64,000 nucleotides of DNA from Corallochytrium limacisporum Hawaii (GCA_002811645.1 PDIP01000024.1:1-64000); one strand, 5' to 3'. Numbered from the stretch's first letter, positions 22,624 through 33,089 are shown. A program made the numbers and translations. Notes: generated by a model from the sequence alone, not told the origin.

Positions 22624-25600
22624 ATGAGTATCGTTAGTATTGGGTCGCTACAGCGCGACAGCAGTGTACATGACCATGCTGTGCCACTCTCACAGAACAC
22701 GTGGAACCACACGAGTGCCAGATACACAGTCTTTAGTGCGTCGTCCGGGTTTCGGGACCTGCGACCCCTCTTGGATCCGAGTGGAGTTTGCCTGGTCACG
22801 GACCTTGGAGATCCCAAAGAATATAGCGACAAACAAATCTCAGTTGCCCGTGAATGGGCAGAGGCTGTACTTTGGAACCTTCAAAGTTCTTCGGCCAGCT
22901 TTAGAGGAGATATTGTGGTTTTGGAGGGGATCCATCAACAAGGACATGTAGGGAATCCGGCCCGAGAATTACCGAACTTGCCACAGACTGGAATCACCGT
23001 CCACAAATGGTCTATCGATGATGATGCACACAGCGCGGAACAGTTTCTCTCTTGGACCGAAAGGATTGATCTCTTCCTCATCATGGCGGTTTCAGCCGAT
23101 CGGATTCGACGCCTAGTGACACTGATTGATGACGCCAAGGGTACCAGCCCGCGCACAGCGATTGTAATGGCTGGTAGTGCGTGTCTGCAGAGTGACGACG
23201 GAAAGGTGATTGACTTCACCCTGTCCCTGCCCCCCTTGTACCGCACCCGCGTCCTTGGGCCTGACTCGAGTGGTGTCATTCTGCCACACGTCGGCCTGAA
23301 TGCTAGCTATGTACGGACAGGAAGAGCTGAGTCTGGCAGCGTCGGTGGGCTGGCCTTCGTCGTGCAGAGCCGAGGTATCGGTGCGGCGGTGGTAGAGTGG
23401 TGTCGGATGGCCCAGAACATTTCGCTGGGGATGTTTATCGATCTCGGAGAAGGGAGCTCACAGCGCAGTGACCAGGTTGACAATTATGAACCCGCTCACC
23501 AAAGCGACAGTGCAGACTGTGAAGCCTTATCAATCAGGTATATCAATGATGATGAACCCACGATTGAATGGGACAACATTGTGACCACTCTTGGGGACGA
23601 TCGACACTGCAATGCAATCTTCCTCTGTGTAGACTCGATTGCCAATGCGCGTAGCTTTCTTAGTGCCCTGCGGGAGGTCAGTCTGACGAAACCCGTAGTT
23701 GTCTTTCGGGGACAGAGCCAACCTCAAAACAACACTTTCGAAGATGCTGTGTTCAACGCGGCACTGCGTCGCTGTGGTGCGTTGAGGGTCAGGACTCTAG
23801 CCGAACTATTCCATCTCACCGTTGCTCTGGGGACGTCAGTTCCGACCGTGGGCGGCCACGGCTGTCTGCAGGTCGTCAGCAATGTTCGCGTACCCCTCAC
23901 ACGGCACACCAGCCAGCGCGCGACCATGACGTCACTCCCTGCAAACGCAAACCGCAGTGCATTTGTTGATGCCACACTTGCTGCTTTGCGCAGTACTGAT
24001 AATGACGGCGTGCTTGTTGTCTACGCGCCTCTGGCCGGGCCACGGGATTCCATGCTACTGGCGGAGAGTCTTGGGACATTGTGCACATTGTCGAATCGAC
24101 GGCATGGAAGCGGCCAGGACAATGGTGGTGAGTGTCTTGCATCCAAAGCTTTACTTTTCTGCGTCCTTGGAGTGCGTGAGGAGGAAACCAGGCGCTTGGC
24201 GGATGCGTGCTTGGGCATTCCTGTGTTCCGTAGGCCAGATGATGCGGAACGGACCTTTGAACTGCTCTACAATCGACATCAAAACCTGCAGCTGCTCTAC
24301 GAGACTCCTCTATCGATCAGACAAGATGGTGGTGTTGCGGCCGAAAATGATGTTAACGCACCCGAGGAGGAAGCCGTAGTGCATGAACAGAAAGCCTGCC
24401 TTGAAGAGAAGGCAATTGCATGCTGCAAGGACACCACTGCAGCCGCGTTCGTTGCCAAGTTGTCAGACCGCAGGCGAACCCGTCTGCAGAGTCAGAGTAG
24501 TGATGGAATAGCTTCGACGATGGAATCACGGCAGATCCAGTCACAGCCGCACACACACAGACAAACGATTCGCAGTCCATTAATTCCCTTGCTCAGCGAG
24601 GTCGAGAGCAAACAGCTGTTACAGGCCTACGGTATTCCTACAGTGCAAACCATGGGACCGTGTCAAACAGCGGATGACGCTGTGGCAGCCGCGCGACAGG
24701 TGGGCTACCCAGTCGTTCTGAAACTTCAGAGCCGACTTCTGGCACACAAAAGCGCCATCGGCGGCGTGCAACTGAATCTTGTCAATGAGGACGAGGTTCG
24801 GTCAGCGTTTGCTCGAATCCGATCCGCTGTAGATGTGTGGATCAAGGATTCCTCATCGGCGTCTGTGAATTTGTTTTCTGCGGAAGAAGCGGAGATATCT
24901 GCTGCATTCCAAGGCGTCAGTGTACAGCGCCATTTGCCGCTTGACCGTGGGTTCGAGGTGCAGATCGGTATGCACGTGGACCCCCACTTTGGGCCGATTG
25001 TGACTTTTGGCCTCGGTGGCCGCGCTCTGGAACTGAATCCCTCCTCCGGTGGTGGTGGTGGCACTGGTCAAACCGTCGGCCTACCACCACTGAATGGAAC
25101 ACTAGCTAAGCGCATGCTTGAGGCCAGCACGGTATATGAAGGACTGCGCTGGAGCCCCCGGCTGATGGCCACACCAACTCATATGTCATCATCCCCGATA
25201 CCAGAAGCAGAGCATGGCAACATCAAGGCCCTGCGCAGTCTGGAGCGCCTGCTCGTGGACTGGAGCGTCCTCGTGGCGCAGCAAAGACGCATCATGGAGG
25301 CCACGCTGAATCCTGTGCTGGTGACGGCGACTGAATGTGTGGTTCTGGACGCTACCGTCCGGCTCTTTCCCCCGTTTATCCCGTATGCCTCGCTTCCCAG
25401 GCCAGCCATTCGTCCATATCCTCTGCAGTATATTCGTCGCGGATGGCACGCTCGTAATCGTCGTGATAGTCACCATTCTGAGGTAGCTATCTCCGACAGT
25501 AGCCACTCTGGGAACAACAGCAACGGTACCCCCCCAGGTGCAAACATAAACCTTACCTTCCGTCCTATCAAGCCGGAAGACGAACCCGCGGTGCGTGACT

Positions 25601-26256
25601 TTCACGCTTCTCTCAGTCGACAGAGCGTGTACCTGCGCTACTTTGGCTTTGTTAACCTTGAGGCACGTATTGCCCACGAACGATTGGCACGGCTCTGCTT
25701 CATCGACTACGACCGCGAAATGGCCCTCATTGTGCATGTGGACAATATACCGGACACTGTTGTAGCAATGGGCCGCCTAAGCCGCCCACATCTTGGCCAC
25801 GGACCAACCACTGCGGACATTCCTGGGTCCGCAGTGGAGGGCGAAATCAGTCTTATCGTCAGCGACGAGTGGCATGGCCATGGCATTGGCAAGGAACTTG
25901 TCACTCAACTCGAATACATTGCAGCCCTGGAAGGTGTGTCGATCGCAACTATGGAGATCATGCGAGAAAACACACCGATGCAGTCGCTGGCTGAGAAGTT
26001 GGGCTACACACTACACTTTGGAGGAGAACACATTCGCGCACACAAGATGCTGTCCCCATCCGGAAATGAAGAGATGTCCGCGGCGGAAATAGCGGAAATC
26101 GCGTCGGAATCAGCCGATGCAGTACCTGACCTGGGCAGTGAACCCAATACTACGGCTACAATGGAGAAGACGCGTCCTCCTTTGCTACGAGGTTCGAGCA
26201 TCCTTCACGCCCAAACTCTGCAGGATATCAACAGCATGATGGAGGACTTGTGGTAG
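22624..26256 (+). CDS. Bacterial-type Pat/PatZ(YfiQ)-like protein: degenerate NDP-forming acyl-CoA synthetase domains, ATP-grasp, C-terminal GNAT acetyltransferase
   Basis: RVLGPDSSG; LLSEVESKQLLQAYGIP; GYPVVLKL..HKS.IGGVQLNL; DPHFGPIVTFGLGG; LPPLN; RPAIRPYP; RPIKPEDE; SVYLRYF; RLCFIDYDREMAL; GEISLIVSDEWHGHGIGKEL; EN.PM..LAEKLGY. Confidence 0.9.
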   Translation: MSIVSIGSLQRDSSVHDHAVPLSQNTWNHTSARYTVFSASSGFRDLRPLLDPSGVCLVTDLGDPKEYSDKQISVAREWAEAVLWNLQSSSASFRGDIVVLEGIHQQGHVGNPARELPNLPQTGITVHKWSIDDDAHSAEQFLSWTERIDLFLIMAVSADRIRRLVTLIDDAKGTSPRTAIVMAGSACLQSDDGKVIDFTLSLPPLYRTRVLGPDSSGVILPHVGLNASYVRTGRAESGSVGGLAFVVQSRGIGAAVVEWCRMAQNISLGMFIDLGEGSSQRSDQVDNYEPAHQSDSADCEALSIRYINDDEPTIEWDNIVTTLGDDRHCNAIFLCVDSIANARSFLSALREVSLTKPVVVFRGQSQPQNNTFEDAVFNAALRRCGALRVRTLAELFHLTVALGTSVPTVGGHGCLQVVSNVRVPLTRHTSQRATMTSLPANANRSAFVDATLAALRSTDNDGVLVVYAPLAGPRDSMLLAESLGTLCTLSNRRHGSGQDNGGECLASKALLFCVLGVREEETRRLADACLGIPVFRRPDDAERTFELLYNRHQNLQLLYETPLSIRQDGGVAAENDVNAPEEEAVVHEQKACLEEKAIACCKDTTAAAFVAKLSDRRRTRLQSQSSDGIASTMESRQIQSQPHTHRQTIRSPLIPLLSEVESKQLLQAYGIPTVQTMGPCQTADDAVAAARQVGYPVVLKLQSRLLAHKSAIGGVQLNLVNEDEVRSAFARIRSAVDVWIKDSSSASVNLFSAEEAEISAAFQGVSVQRHLPLDRGFEVQIGMHVDPHFGPIVTFGLGGRALELNPSSGGGGGTGQTVGLPPLNGTLAKRMLEASTVYEGLRWSPRLMATPTHMSSSPIPEAEHGNIKALRSLERLLVDWSVLVAQQRRIMEATLNPVLVTATECVVLDATVRLFPPFIPYASLPRPAIRPYPLQYIRRGWHARNRRDSHHSEVAISDSSHSGNNSNGTPPGANINLTFRPIKPEDEPAVRDFHASLSRQSVYLRYFGFVNLEARIAHERLARLCFIDYDREMALIVHVDNIPDTVVAMGRLSRPHLGHGPTTADIPGSAVEGEISLIVSDEWHGHGIGKELVTQLEYIAALEGVSIATMEIMRENTPMQSLAEKLGYTLHFGGEHIRAHKMLSPSGNEEMSAAEIAEIASESADAVPDLGSEPNTTATMEKTRPPLLRGSSILHAQTLQDINSMMEDLW

Positions 26257-26372
26257 TAGCCATGCTCTAAAAGAACAATCAAAATGTTTATTCACAACGA
26301 TTTCTAATGGACACCTTCTGATAGGTTTCCAGCATAGCATTTGTTTTTGTCTCGGGGTTTGCTGGTCAGTTC

Positions 26373-29300
26373 TTAGAATACATCCGCCTCCTTCTTCTTA
26401 ACTACCTTCTTCCACTGTGGCAGCTTCTCGAAGGCCTCCCGGTCCATGCCAAAGGCCACCTTGAAGTCCTCATCACTAATGTGGTCTTCTGGGTGGGTAC
26501 GGTCAATGTCCTTAGGCAACTGATCACCACGCTTGCCTTTGATGTCCGCCAAGGGATAGATCTTCACATTGGCTGCCAATTCCTTCAGACGGTCCAGTAC
26601 AACCTTCACAGTTGCCGGTGACCTATCCGGCAGTTCAGCAAAGAATTCGCTGGTTTCGACGTCCTCCGATCCTTTGTCTGGCACACCATAGATATCAGTT
26701 CTGAAGCTACCCCCCTCGTGGCCTTCAAACTGCACAGAGATTTCGCATGGATCTCCTGTGCCCCAAGGAATGGCCTCTATGGTCGTGATCACCACATTCG
26801 GAGGGAACCACTCAGGATCCACCTCCCCAACCACAGCCATATCGCATTGGTGCTTCTGTAAAGCCTCCACACTCTTTAGTCCGGCCACCAACTCTTCCTT
26901 GCGAACACGTGAACTGACCCACAGGTAGAGTTGAGTACTCTTCTCATCCTTCTTTTCGCCCTGGACCGCGACGGCGATAATGCACAGAGCCCAGGAACTC
27001 AGACGATGGTAACTGCAACCTCGAGAGGCGATGAGTTTTGGGTAGCCACCGATGTAGTCCACAGCCCAGACCGTGACCTCCCGGTAACCGCCACGTGTGC
27101 TGACCTGCGGCACAGCCTTGGTTGCTTTCTGGACCGCCGCAAATTCGGTGCAGTTCTTTGTCGCCATGGTCTTGTCCGCTTTGCCATACAGTTCTTTTGC
27201 AAGCCCCGGAAGTAGTGCCTTCTCAGCACGGGCATCCTCCGAATCTGCGTTTCCTTCACAGAGGAAGACTTTGCCACCGCAACGCACTATGGCTGAAGTG
27301 TCGTGCGCCAACAATGCCTGTGCACTAGTAGGAGTCAGGGGTACAGTTTTACCGGAAATGAACGCTCGATCACAGGCACGGATCACGGTGAGTTCATCTC
27401 CAGTGTGATCATTGTCCTGGGTCACCAAGAAGCAATGCTCGTGTAACATGCGACCAAAATGAGGCGGTTCTTGGCCCTCCACAACCATAACTTGCTGAGC
27501 ATGATACTGGCTATCGTTAATTTCCTTGGCACGCAAAGCAAGGGCAGCCTTGGCTGGAGGGGGCACTTTACTTCCTTGCCAGAGGTACATAACGTACATT
27601 TCTCGCTTCCCAGCAAACTCATAGACAAAAATGTATGCGCGCGTGGAAGCCAGGATCCGGTGCTCACGGTGTTTAGCAGCCTCTGAAAGTTTCCCTTTCT
27701 CATTTACAACCCAAACCTTCATGTCTCCAGTGCCATTGTCACGGTCCGTGAAGAGGGTTTGCGACGGTTCGTCCAGCTGTTCAATACTCTCTCCAAATTC
27801 CTCAATATGATTGTAGTTACGCTTCTCCTTGTCAGCTCCCGTGGTGTATGGGGTGGCGTCCTTGCGCTTTATGTTGCCGACCTGTCCGACTTCCAGGGTC
27901 ATACCGCCTTGGAAATCAGAGAAGAGCTCTTTGAATACCACGTCCTCACTCCCAGCAACTTCACGGTTGACCGGCGGTAGTTCAGCAGAATCCTGAGTTC
28001 CAATGTTGAAAAAGGTACCATCGCCAAGTCGTATATCCTCCAAGAGTTCTTTTTGCAGATCCTCTGCCAAAGCTACGGCGTTGATCTTGCAGTCTTCCGA
28101 AGCAAATCGCCCGCTCCAAATGAAGATCTCGTTGAGTCCCTTGACAACTGTGCAGGCGTGTTGATCCAAGATGCTAGTGCTGGGAATGCCAACGGCTACT
28201 TCGTTGTGGGAGTCCTCTGTGACATGGATGAACTTCACACTACCCTTCCACAGTGTTTCAAAAGCCTGGTCGTCGCCACTCGTCTCACGGCAGCTTTTCG
28301 GTCCCCGTCGAGCATCGAAAGTGCCCAGACTAGCGGTGCTGCCTTTGAACTTGCCCGTGAGCTTCTCTTCCGCAGGCAGAAGCAAAATGCTCCAAAACTT
28401 CTTTGCATAACCCCTGTCCGCCATGTGAGGTTGGTCGTCAATCTTGATCACAGGGATCCTACCGCCATAGAGGGAGTCCCTGATGCGATGTGCTACATCC
28501 ACAGCTCGGCCCTTCTCCGTAATGCTTGCCGCCGCACCATTCCAAATATATACACATATTTTGGTCTCCAGAACATAACAATCGTCATGACTCATAGACT
28601 CGGGACGGAGCGGAACGCGCAATGTGCGGGGACGACGCTTGCCCTTGATGGCATAGAGACAGATCCGGTCCTGCCGCTCTACTTTTTGCAAATGGCTCTG
28701 GTCTGCAGAACTCATGATGGACATTCCTTTACGATTCATTACGCTCACTGACACACGAGTGGGTGACACACTGCTGGAGCGGAAGTGTTTGGTACGGTCT
28801 GCCGCTAAGAGGGGCTGATCTGCAACAGAGATCCGCTTGTTTACGTGCGTGGTCGCCCCAATAGTATCGGTATCAGATGTGTAAACAATAGCGCTTGAGG
28901 GTGGTTTGTTACGTATCTGGTTGATCTCGCGCTCTGCTGCTGGCTTGATTTCTACGGGTGTGGGCTTAGTGCCATCAATCTGCAGGGCTGAGACGTCACC
29001 TTCAGCAACAGACTCGCCCGTGCCCCCGCGGCTACGGGTCTTGCGTTTTGGACGAGTTGGTGTCTTGAATTTACTGCCATCCCCTTCTTCCTTAGCTACT
29101 CTGTCAGTGCCTTCCCCTGGCTCATGCTCATCTGCCTGCTTCACGGCGGCTGCACTGTCGGTAGCTGCATGATGCTTCTCTGGGCCCTTCGGACGATCCT
29201 TGGCCATGTCACCGGGGTCGTGTGTGCTGTCATCTACCTTCGGTTGGACGCTCTGACGGAATGCGTCCATTTTGCTGCCAGCGCCCTCCGCCTTCTGCGT

Positions 29301-30173
29301 GTCACTCTCCGGCGCACCCAACGTATCCGCTACTTTTGTCGCCTTCGCCTTTCGCTTCATCTTTGGCCTGCCCTTGGCCATGCGTGCGGTAGCTTGGTCC
29401 GCTTCCTTGAAAGCCTCCGATTTTTCTTCAGTTGGTGTATCGGTCGCTGACGCGGTGGCAGGAGACGTCGGCGCCTCCACTTCAGCCTCAATCACTCCGC
29501 CCTTTCTTCGGACTGGCTTTGGTGGAGCTCCCATTGGCATAGGTCCGCGGGCTAAGATGCCTTCCAGGGCTCCTGCAATACCAATCTTTTTGCCGACATT
29601 TGCTCTGTTTGCCATGACTCCGGCGCTTGTTGGCTCTGGAGTGTCTGGAGTGCTCCCTACGGCTGATGATGACCGCGACGATCGCGCAAAGGCTGCTGGG
29701 GCAGATTCTGGTTCAGTATGGTCACCCCTCTCTCCTGTAGGATCTTTACTGGATCCATTATCCCCGTGTAATTTTACACCGCCTGGCCGATTCGGTCTTT
29801 CAAAATCACCTCGCTTCTCGCCTGAATTGTCCTCGTCAGCCGCAGCTGCTGCCTCTGCTGCCCTTTCGGCCTCCTCCTTGGCACGTGCTTCCTCTTCCTT
29901 TTTCTTGGCTTCTGCTTCCGCCCTGATCCGGGCCAACCTCTCTTGCACTGCCTTTGCTTTCTCGGAGTTGGCAGGCACAGAGGAGGGCCGCTCTGTTGTC
30001 AGTTTGGACGCCTCGCCCTGCTTCTTCAAACGTGCGAGCCTCTCCGCAATTGACTCTCTTGGTTTGCTTTCCTCTTTGAGCACTTCCTTCTTTTCTGCCT
30101 TCTGTCCTTCCGCAGCTGGTGAGCCACCAGCCGCTTGCAGGCGTGCGATGCGCTCTTTGATCGACTCCACCAT
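26373..30173 (-). CDS. Villin/supervillin-like gelsolin-repeat actin-binding protein with headpiece and long N-terminal extension
   Basis: LYAIKGKRR..DDCYVLE..IYIWNG; IFIWSGR; YLWQG..VVEGQEPPHF gelsolin repeats; C-terminal headpiece HISDEDFKVAFGMDREAFEKLPQWKK..KKEADVF. Confidence 0.9.
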   Translation of the reverse strand: MVESIKERIARLQAAGGSPAAEGQKAEKKEVLKEESKPRESIAERLARLKKQGEASKLTTERPSSVPANSEKAKAVQERLARIRAEAEAKKKEEEARAKEEAERAAEAAAAADEDNSGEKRGDFERPNRPGGVKLHGDNGSSKDPTGERGDHTEPESAPAAFARSSRSSSAVGSTPDTPEPTSAGVMANRANVGKKIGIAGALEGILARGPMPMGAPPKPVRRKGGVIEAEVEAPTSPATASATDTPTEEKSEAFKEADQATARMAKGRPKMKRKAKATKVADTLGAPESDTQKAEGAGSKMDAFRQSVQPKVDDSTHDPGDMAKDRPKGPEKHHAATDSAAAVKQADEHEPGEGTDRVAKEEGDGSKFKTPTRPKRKTRSRGGTGESVAEGDVSALQIDGTKPTPVEIKPAAEREINQIRNKPPSSAIVYTSDTDTIGATTHVNKRISVADQPLLAADRTKHFRSSSVSPTRVSVSVMNRKGMSIMSSADQSHLQKVERQDRICLYAIKGKRRPRTLRVPLRPESMSHDDCYVLETKICVYIWNGAAASITEKGRAVDVAHRIRDSLYGGRIPVIKIDDQPHMADRGYAKKFWSILLLPAEEKLTGKFKGSTASLGTFDARRGPKSCRETSGDDQAFETLWKGSVKFIHVTEDSHNEVAVGIPSTSILDQHACTVVKGLNEIFIWSGRFASEDCKINAVALAEDLQKELLEDIRLGDGTFFNIGTQDSAELPPVNREVAGSEDVVFKELFSDFQGGMTLEVGQVGNIKRKDATPYTTGADKEKRNYNHIEEFGESIEQLDEPSQTLFTDRDNGTGDMKVWVVNEKGKLSEAAKHREHRILASTRAYIFVYEFAGKREMYVMYLWQGSKVPPPAKAALALRAKEINDSQYHAQQVMVVEGQEPPHFGRMLHEHCFLVTQDNDHTGDELTVIRACDRAFISGKTVPLTPTSAQALLAHDTSAIVRCGGKVFLCEGNADSEDARAEKALLPGLAKELYGKADKTMATKNCTEFAAVQKATKAVPQVSTRGGYREVTVWAVDYIGGYPKLIASRGCSYHRLSSWALCIIAVAVQGEKKDEKSTQLYLWVSSRVRKEELVAGLKSVEALQKHQCDMAVVGEVDPEWFPPNVVITTIEAIPWGTGDPCEISVQFEGHEGGSFRTDIYGVPDKGSEDVETSEFFAELPDRSPATVKVVLDRLKELAANVKIYPLADIKGKRGDQLPKDIDRTHPEDHISDEDFKVAFGMDREAFEKLPQWKKVVKKKEADVF

Positions 30174-30939
30174 GTTTCCACCTGTTCGTCTAGATCGTAC
30201 ACTTTACTCCTGTAGCCCCATACATATATGGATGTCTTAGAATTTTTCTCTACATACCATGGACAGAAAACAGTGTCTTAATTCACCAATCTAGGTCCCG
30301 GGATATGAATAAATTCCTAAACTTCTGATGTACCTCCGTTGCACGGCGACTGTTTGTTTCACCGCCCGCCCCGTTCCGGAGGAGACCCGCTTGTTTCGCC
30401 TCACAAAGCACCAGCTTGGTCTCGGCCAAGCGGTGATGGCGAGGTCCTTTGTTTTGCTTGTTACTGTGAATGCGCAAGGAGAAAACGCTTGCACCGATAA
30501 AAAAAAAATTGAAAGCAAAGAGTGTCCGTCGCCTGCCTCTTTATCCGGAGGCTACGCGCTTGAGAGTCCCTACGCGCTCCATGCGGTACTTAATCTATGA
30601 AAGTGGCAAAATGTGTTCTCTGGGGAATATAAACCCCCACTAATTCAAAACAAATCAAGGGGGGAGGGCCGCGCAACATATCAATGGCTATACATTTTGG
30701 ACCAATCAGAGGTATTTATTCAGGGGCCTATTTTATCCGAAATTTTAACAAAATCGCGCCCCGTAAAGCGCAAGCCTATTTCTCCCGCTTGCCGACAAGG
30801 AAGATATTGCACGGTCGGTAGGATCGCAGCAGCCACAATCTGGTGGGACGAGTCCCAGCCGAAGGTCACGATGATCTCAGTCGCCGACAATTGCTGGTAA
30901 TTCACTTCCGCTAACATCTAGGGACACTTCTCCTCCGTT

Positions 30940-31764
30940 ATGACAGGAAGCATGGTTTATCCATTCAACACTCATATTCGACGTCAATCCCTGCGATCTA
31001 TGGTGGGCGCAGTGCTGCCCGAGAAGGTGACCCGTGTGGCCGCCGGCATTCTGTGGGGCTGCCAAGGCACTACTGCCTGTGTGACTTTTCGAAAGTCTGG
31101 ACAAAGGTTAGCAGAATTTCCGGGCGGTAAGGTTGAGGACTGTGAAACTCTGCAAGAAGCCCTTGCGAGGGAATTGCGGGAGGAAATTGGAGTCGAGGTG
31201 CAGCAGACGAGGCCGATCTTTGCCCTCCTGGAGAAGCACTTTGAGTTACATATTTTTGACGTCTTAGAATATCGGGGAAATGCTGATTCCATGGAAGGAC
31301 AAGATATGGGCTGGTACCCTGCCAGAAATCTTGTGGATCTACAGTGGCTCCCGAAGAATCTACACCTAGTCAATGCATTTGCGCAACCGCGTATAGTGTA
31401 TCTTGTTAATGATGTCGGGTACAATCACATTCAAGGTATGAATATGCCAATCACTCTAGCAGAAGCGTCACCTTTCAAGCACGTTCTCATTCGTCACCAA
31501 ACAGGACCGGATGAGTTGTTTTCGCAAGACGAAGCCCACCTCCGCGTTATCAAAGACCCACTAGAAGCGGCATCTAATTCCTTGAATCCATGCATGCTGT
31601 GTCTAGAAGCTAACCAAGTGCCATGGGATCTCACAAAGCTTTCATCGCTACCCATCTTTGGCTTTGTCATCAACGTTGCGCCAAGACTGCCGTTTGATGA
31701 CCCGCATCTGGCAATATTATCCAGATCTCTCAATGATCTCCACCGCATGATCACACCACTATAG
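30940..31764 (+). CDS. MutT-like Nudix hydrolase with C-terminal extension (possible degenerate thiamine-phosphate-synthase-like domain)
   Basis: Nudix box EFPGGKVEDCETLQEALARELREEIGV; MutT-type EGQ..GW..L..W.P.N. Confidence 0.8.
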   Translation: MTGSMVYPFNTHIRRQSLRSMVGAVLPEKVTRVAAGILWGCQGTTACVTFRKSGQRLAEFPGGKVEDCETLQEALARELREEIGVEVQQTRPIFALLEKHFELHIFDVLEYRGNADSMEGQDMGWYPARNLVDLQWLPKNLHLVNAFAQPRIVYLVNDVGYNHIQGMNMPITLAEASPFKHVLIRHQTGPDELFSQDEAHLRVIKDPLEAASNSLNPCMLCLEANQVPWDLTKLSSLPIFGFVINVAPRLPFDDPHLAILSRSLNDLHRMITPL

Positions 31765-32124
31765 TCGCTAAGGTAGATCACCGGTAGTGCCATCCACCCA
31801 TACCCATTATCATTGTAAATTAGACTCACCTACATCATCGTCGCCATTCGCAGTGAGCTCATACTTCCCCCTCCCCCCTCCGTTTGAATTCTTCGCTCTT
31901 CCAGTCGCACCCTGCCTGTTAATTTTCCCCGAGCACCTGTCCCCTACCAGCCGCAAACGGTCGCCTGCGATGGGGCAGCTGCAGAGATCAGTGCCACAAG
32001 GTGCACATGGTACTTAACGCACAGAATGGCCCAAAACACTATGTTGGACATGAATGCGTCGTCGAAAATGACTTTGAGACGATGGGCTGCGCCTCTGTAA
32101 TCTAATCTATTTCATTTGCGGTTT

Positions 32125-32540
32125 ATGAGTATGCCTGTGTCTTCAGGAAAGACGTCGAGCCTGCAACTTTCGTACGCAACATGTACCGATCCTGAGCATC
32201 CACCACATTCAGCACTTGTAACAGAGGGTAATGAGTACTGGGTGACAACTGACCTCTATCCGCAAGCCCTTGGATTTCACGTAGATAACATCACCAACGG
32301 TGGAAAGATTGAGATTGTGAGTAGCAGAGCATTTGTGTTGAGCACGCAGAGAACAGCGGCCCCGAAGACGGTTCTGGGAAGTACGACGTGGTCTCAATAA
32401 CAACATTATCAAACGAAGGTATCGGGAAGCGGCAACAGAAGACAATCGATCTTGGAGGTGCCCTTTGGGGGAGATTGAAACTGACAATCAAGTCGGGATA
32501 CGGCCTATTCTGCGCAATCTACTCGATCGCACTCGCATAA
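32125..32540 (+). pseudogene. IFT25: IFT25 (HSPB11) homologue with a frameshift at about 32326
   Basis: First frame: SYATCTDPEHPP..EYWVTTDLYPQ (cf. ATSSDEKHPP..FWTTTGMFPQ). Second frame from 32328: SICVEH..GKRQQKTIDLGGALWGRLKLTIKSGYGLFCAIYSIALA* (cf. GQLQ..YLRFIIVSAFDHFASVHSV), ending at TAA 32538-32540. Confidence 0.8.
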
Positions 32541-32564
32541 GGGGAGAACCAATCTTTGTAAATA

Positions 32565-33089
32565 ATGTCGGACAGGAAAGATCCAGTTACGGAGCCATTG
32601 CCAGATTACTACCAAATCCTGCAGGTTCCAAGAGACGCAGAATTGAGGGTGATAAAGCAAAGCTTCCACCGCCTTGCTCGTGCAAACCATCCGGACAGAA
32701 ATGACCAACTTGGCGTTACGGTACATACGGCTAGCAAAGAAGAGACCATGGCAAAACTTAATGAGGCCTGGAATGTACTCAATGATGACAAATCCCGCAG
32801 GTATTACGATGCCATCCTCCATTCGCAGGAAATTCGCCGACTGTGTCCTGTTTGGGACCACATCAAACTGAATGCTATGGAGTTTGATGATGCGGATGAT
32901 GTGTACTTCGTGGAGTGCCGTTGTGGTGGGGAGTACATCTTGGAAGCGAATGATGTAAGAGAATCTCGGGAGAATCATGACCGGTTAAAGGCCAAGGACA
33001 TCTTTGCCAACGTCCTTGCGGAGGTTATTGCGGTGCAGTGCAATACGTGCTCGCTGGCAATCGATATCTCGATTCAGCCATCTTTGTGA
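32565..33089 (+). CDS. DPH4: DPH4 / DNAJC24 (J domain plus CSL zinc finger)
   Basis: DYYQILQV..HPD..LNEAW.VL..RRYYD; CRCGG...QCNTCSL. Confidence 0.93.
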   Translation: MSDRKDPVTEPLPDYYQILQVPRDAELRVIKQSFHRLARANHPDRNDQLGVTVHTASKEETMAKLNEAWNVLNDDKSRRYYDAILHSQEIRRLCPVWDHIKLNAMEFDDADDVYFVECRCGGEYILEANDVRESRENHDRLKAKDIFANVLAEVIAVQCNTCSLAIDISIQPSL

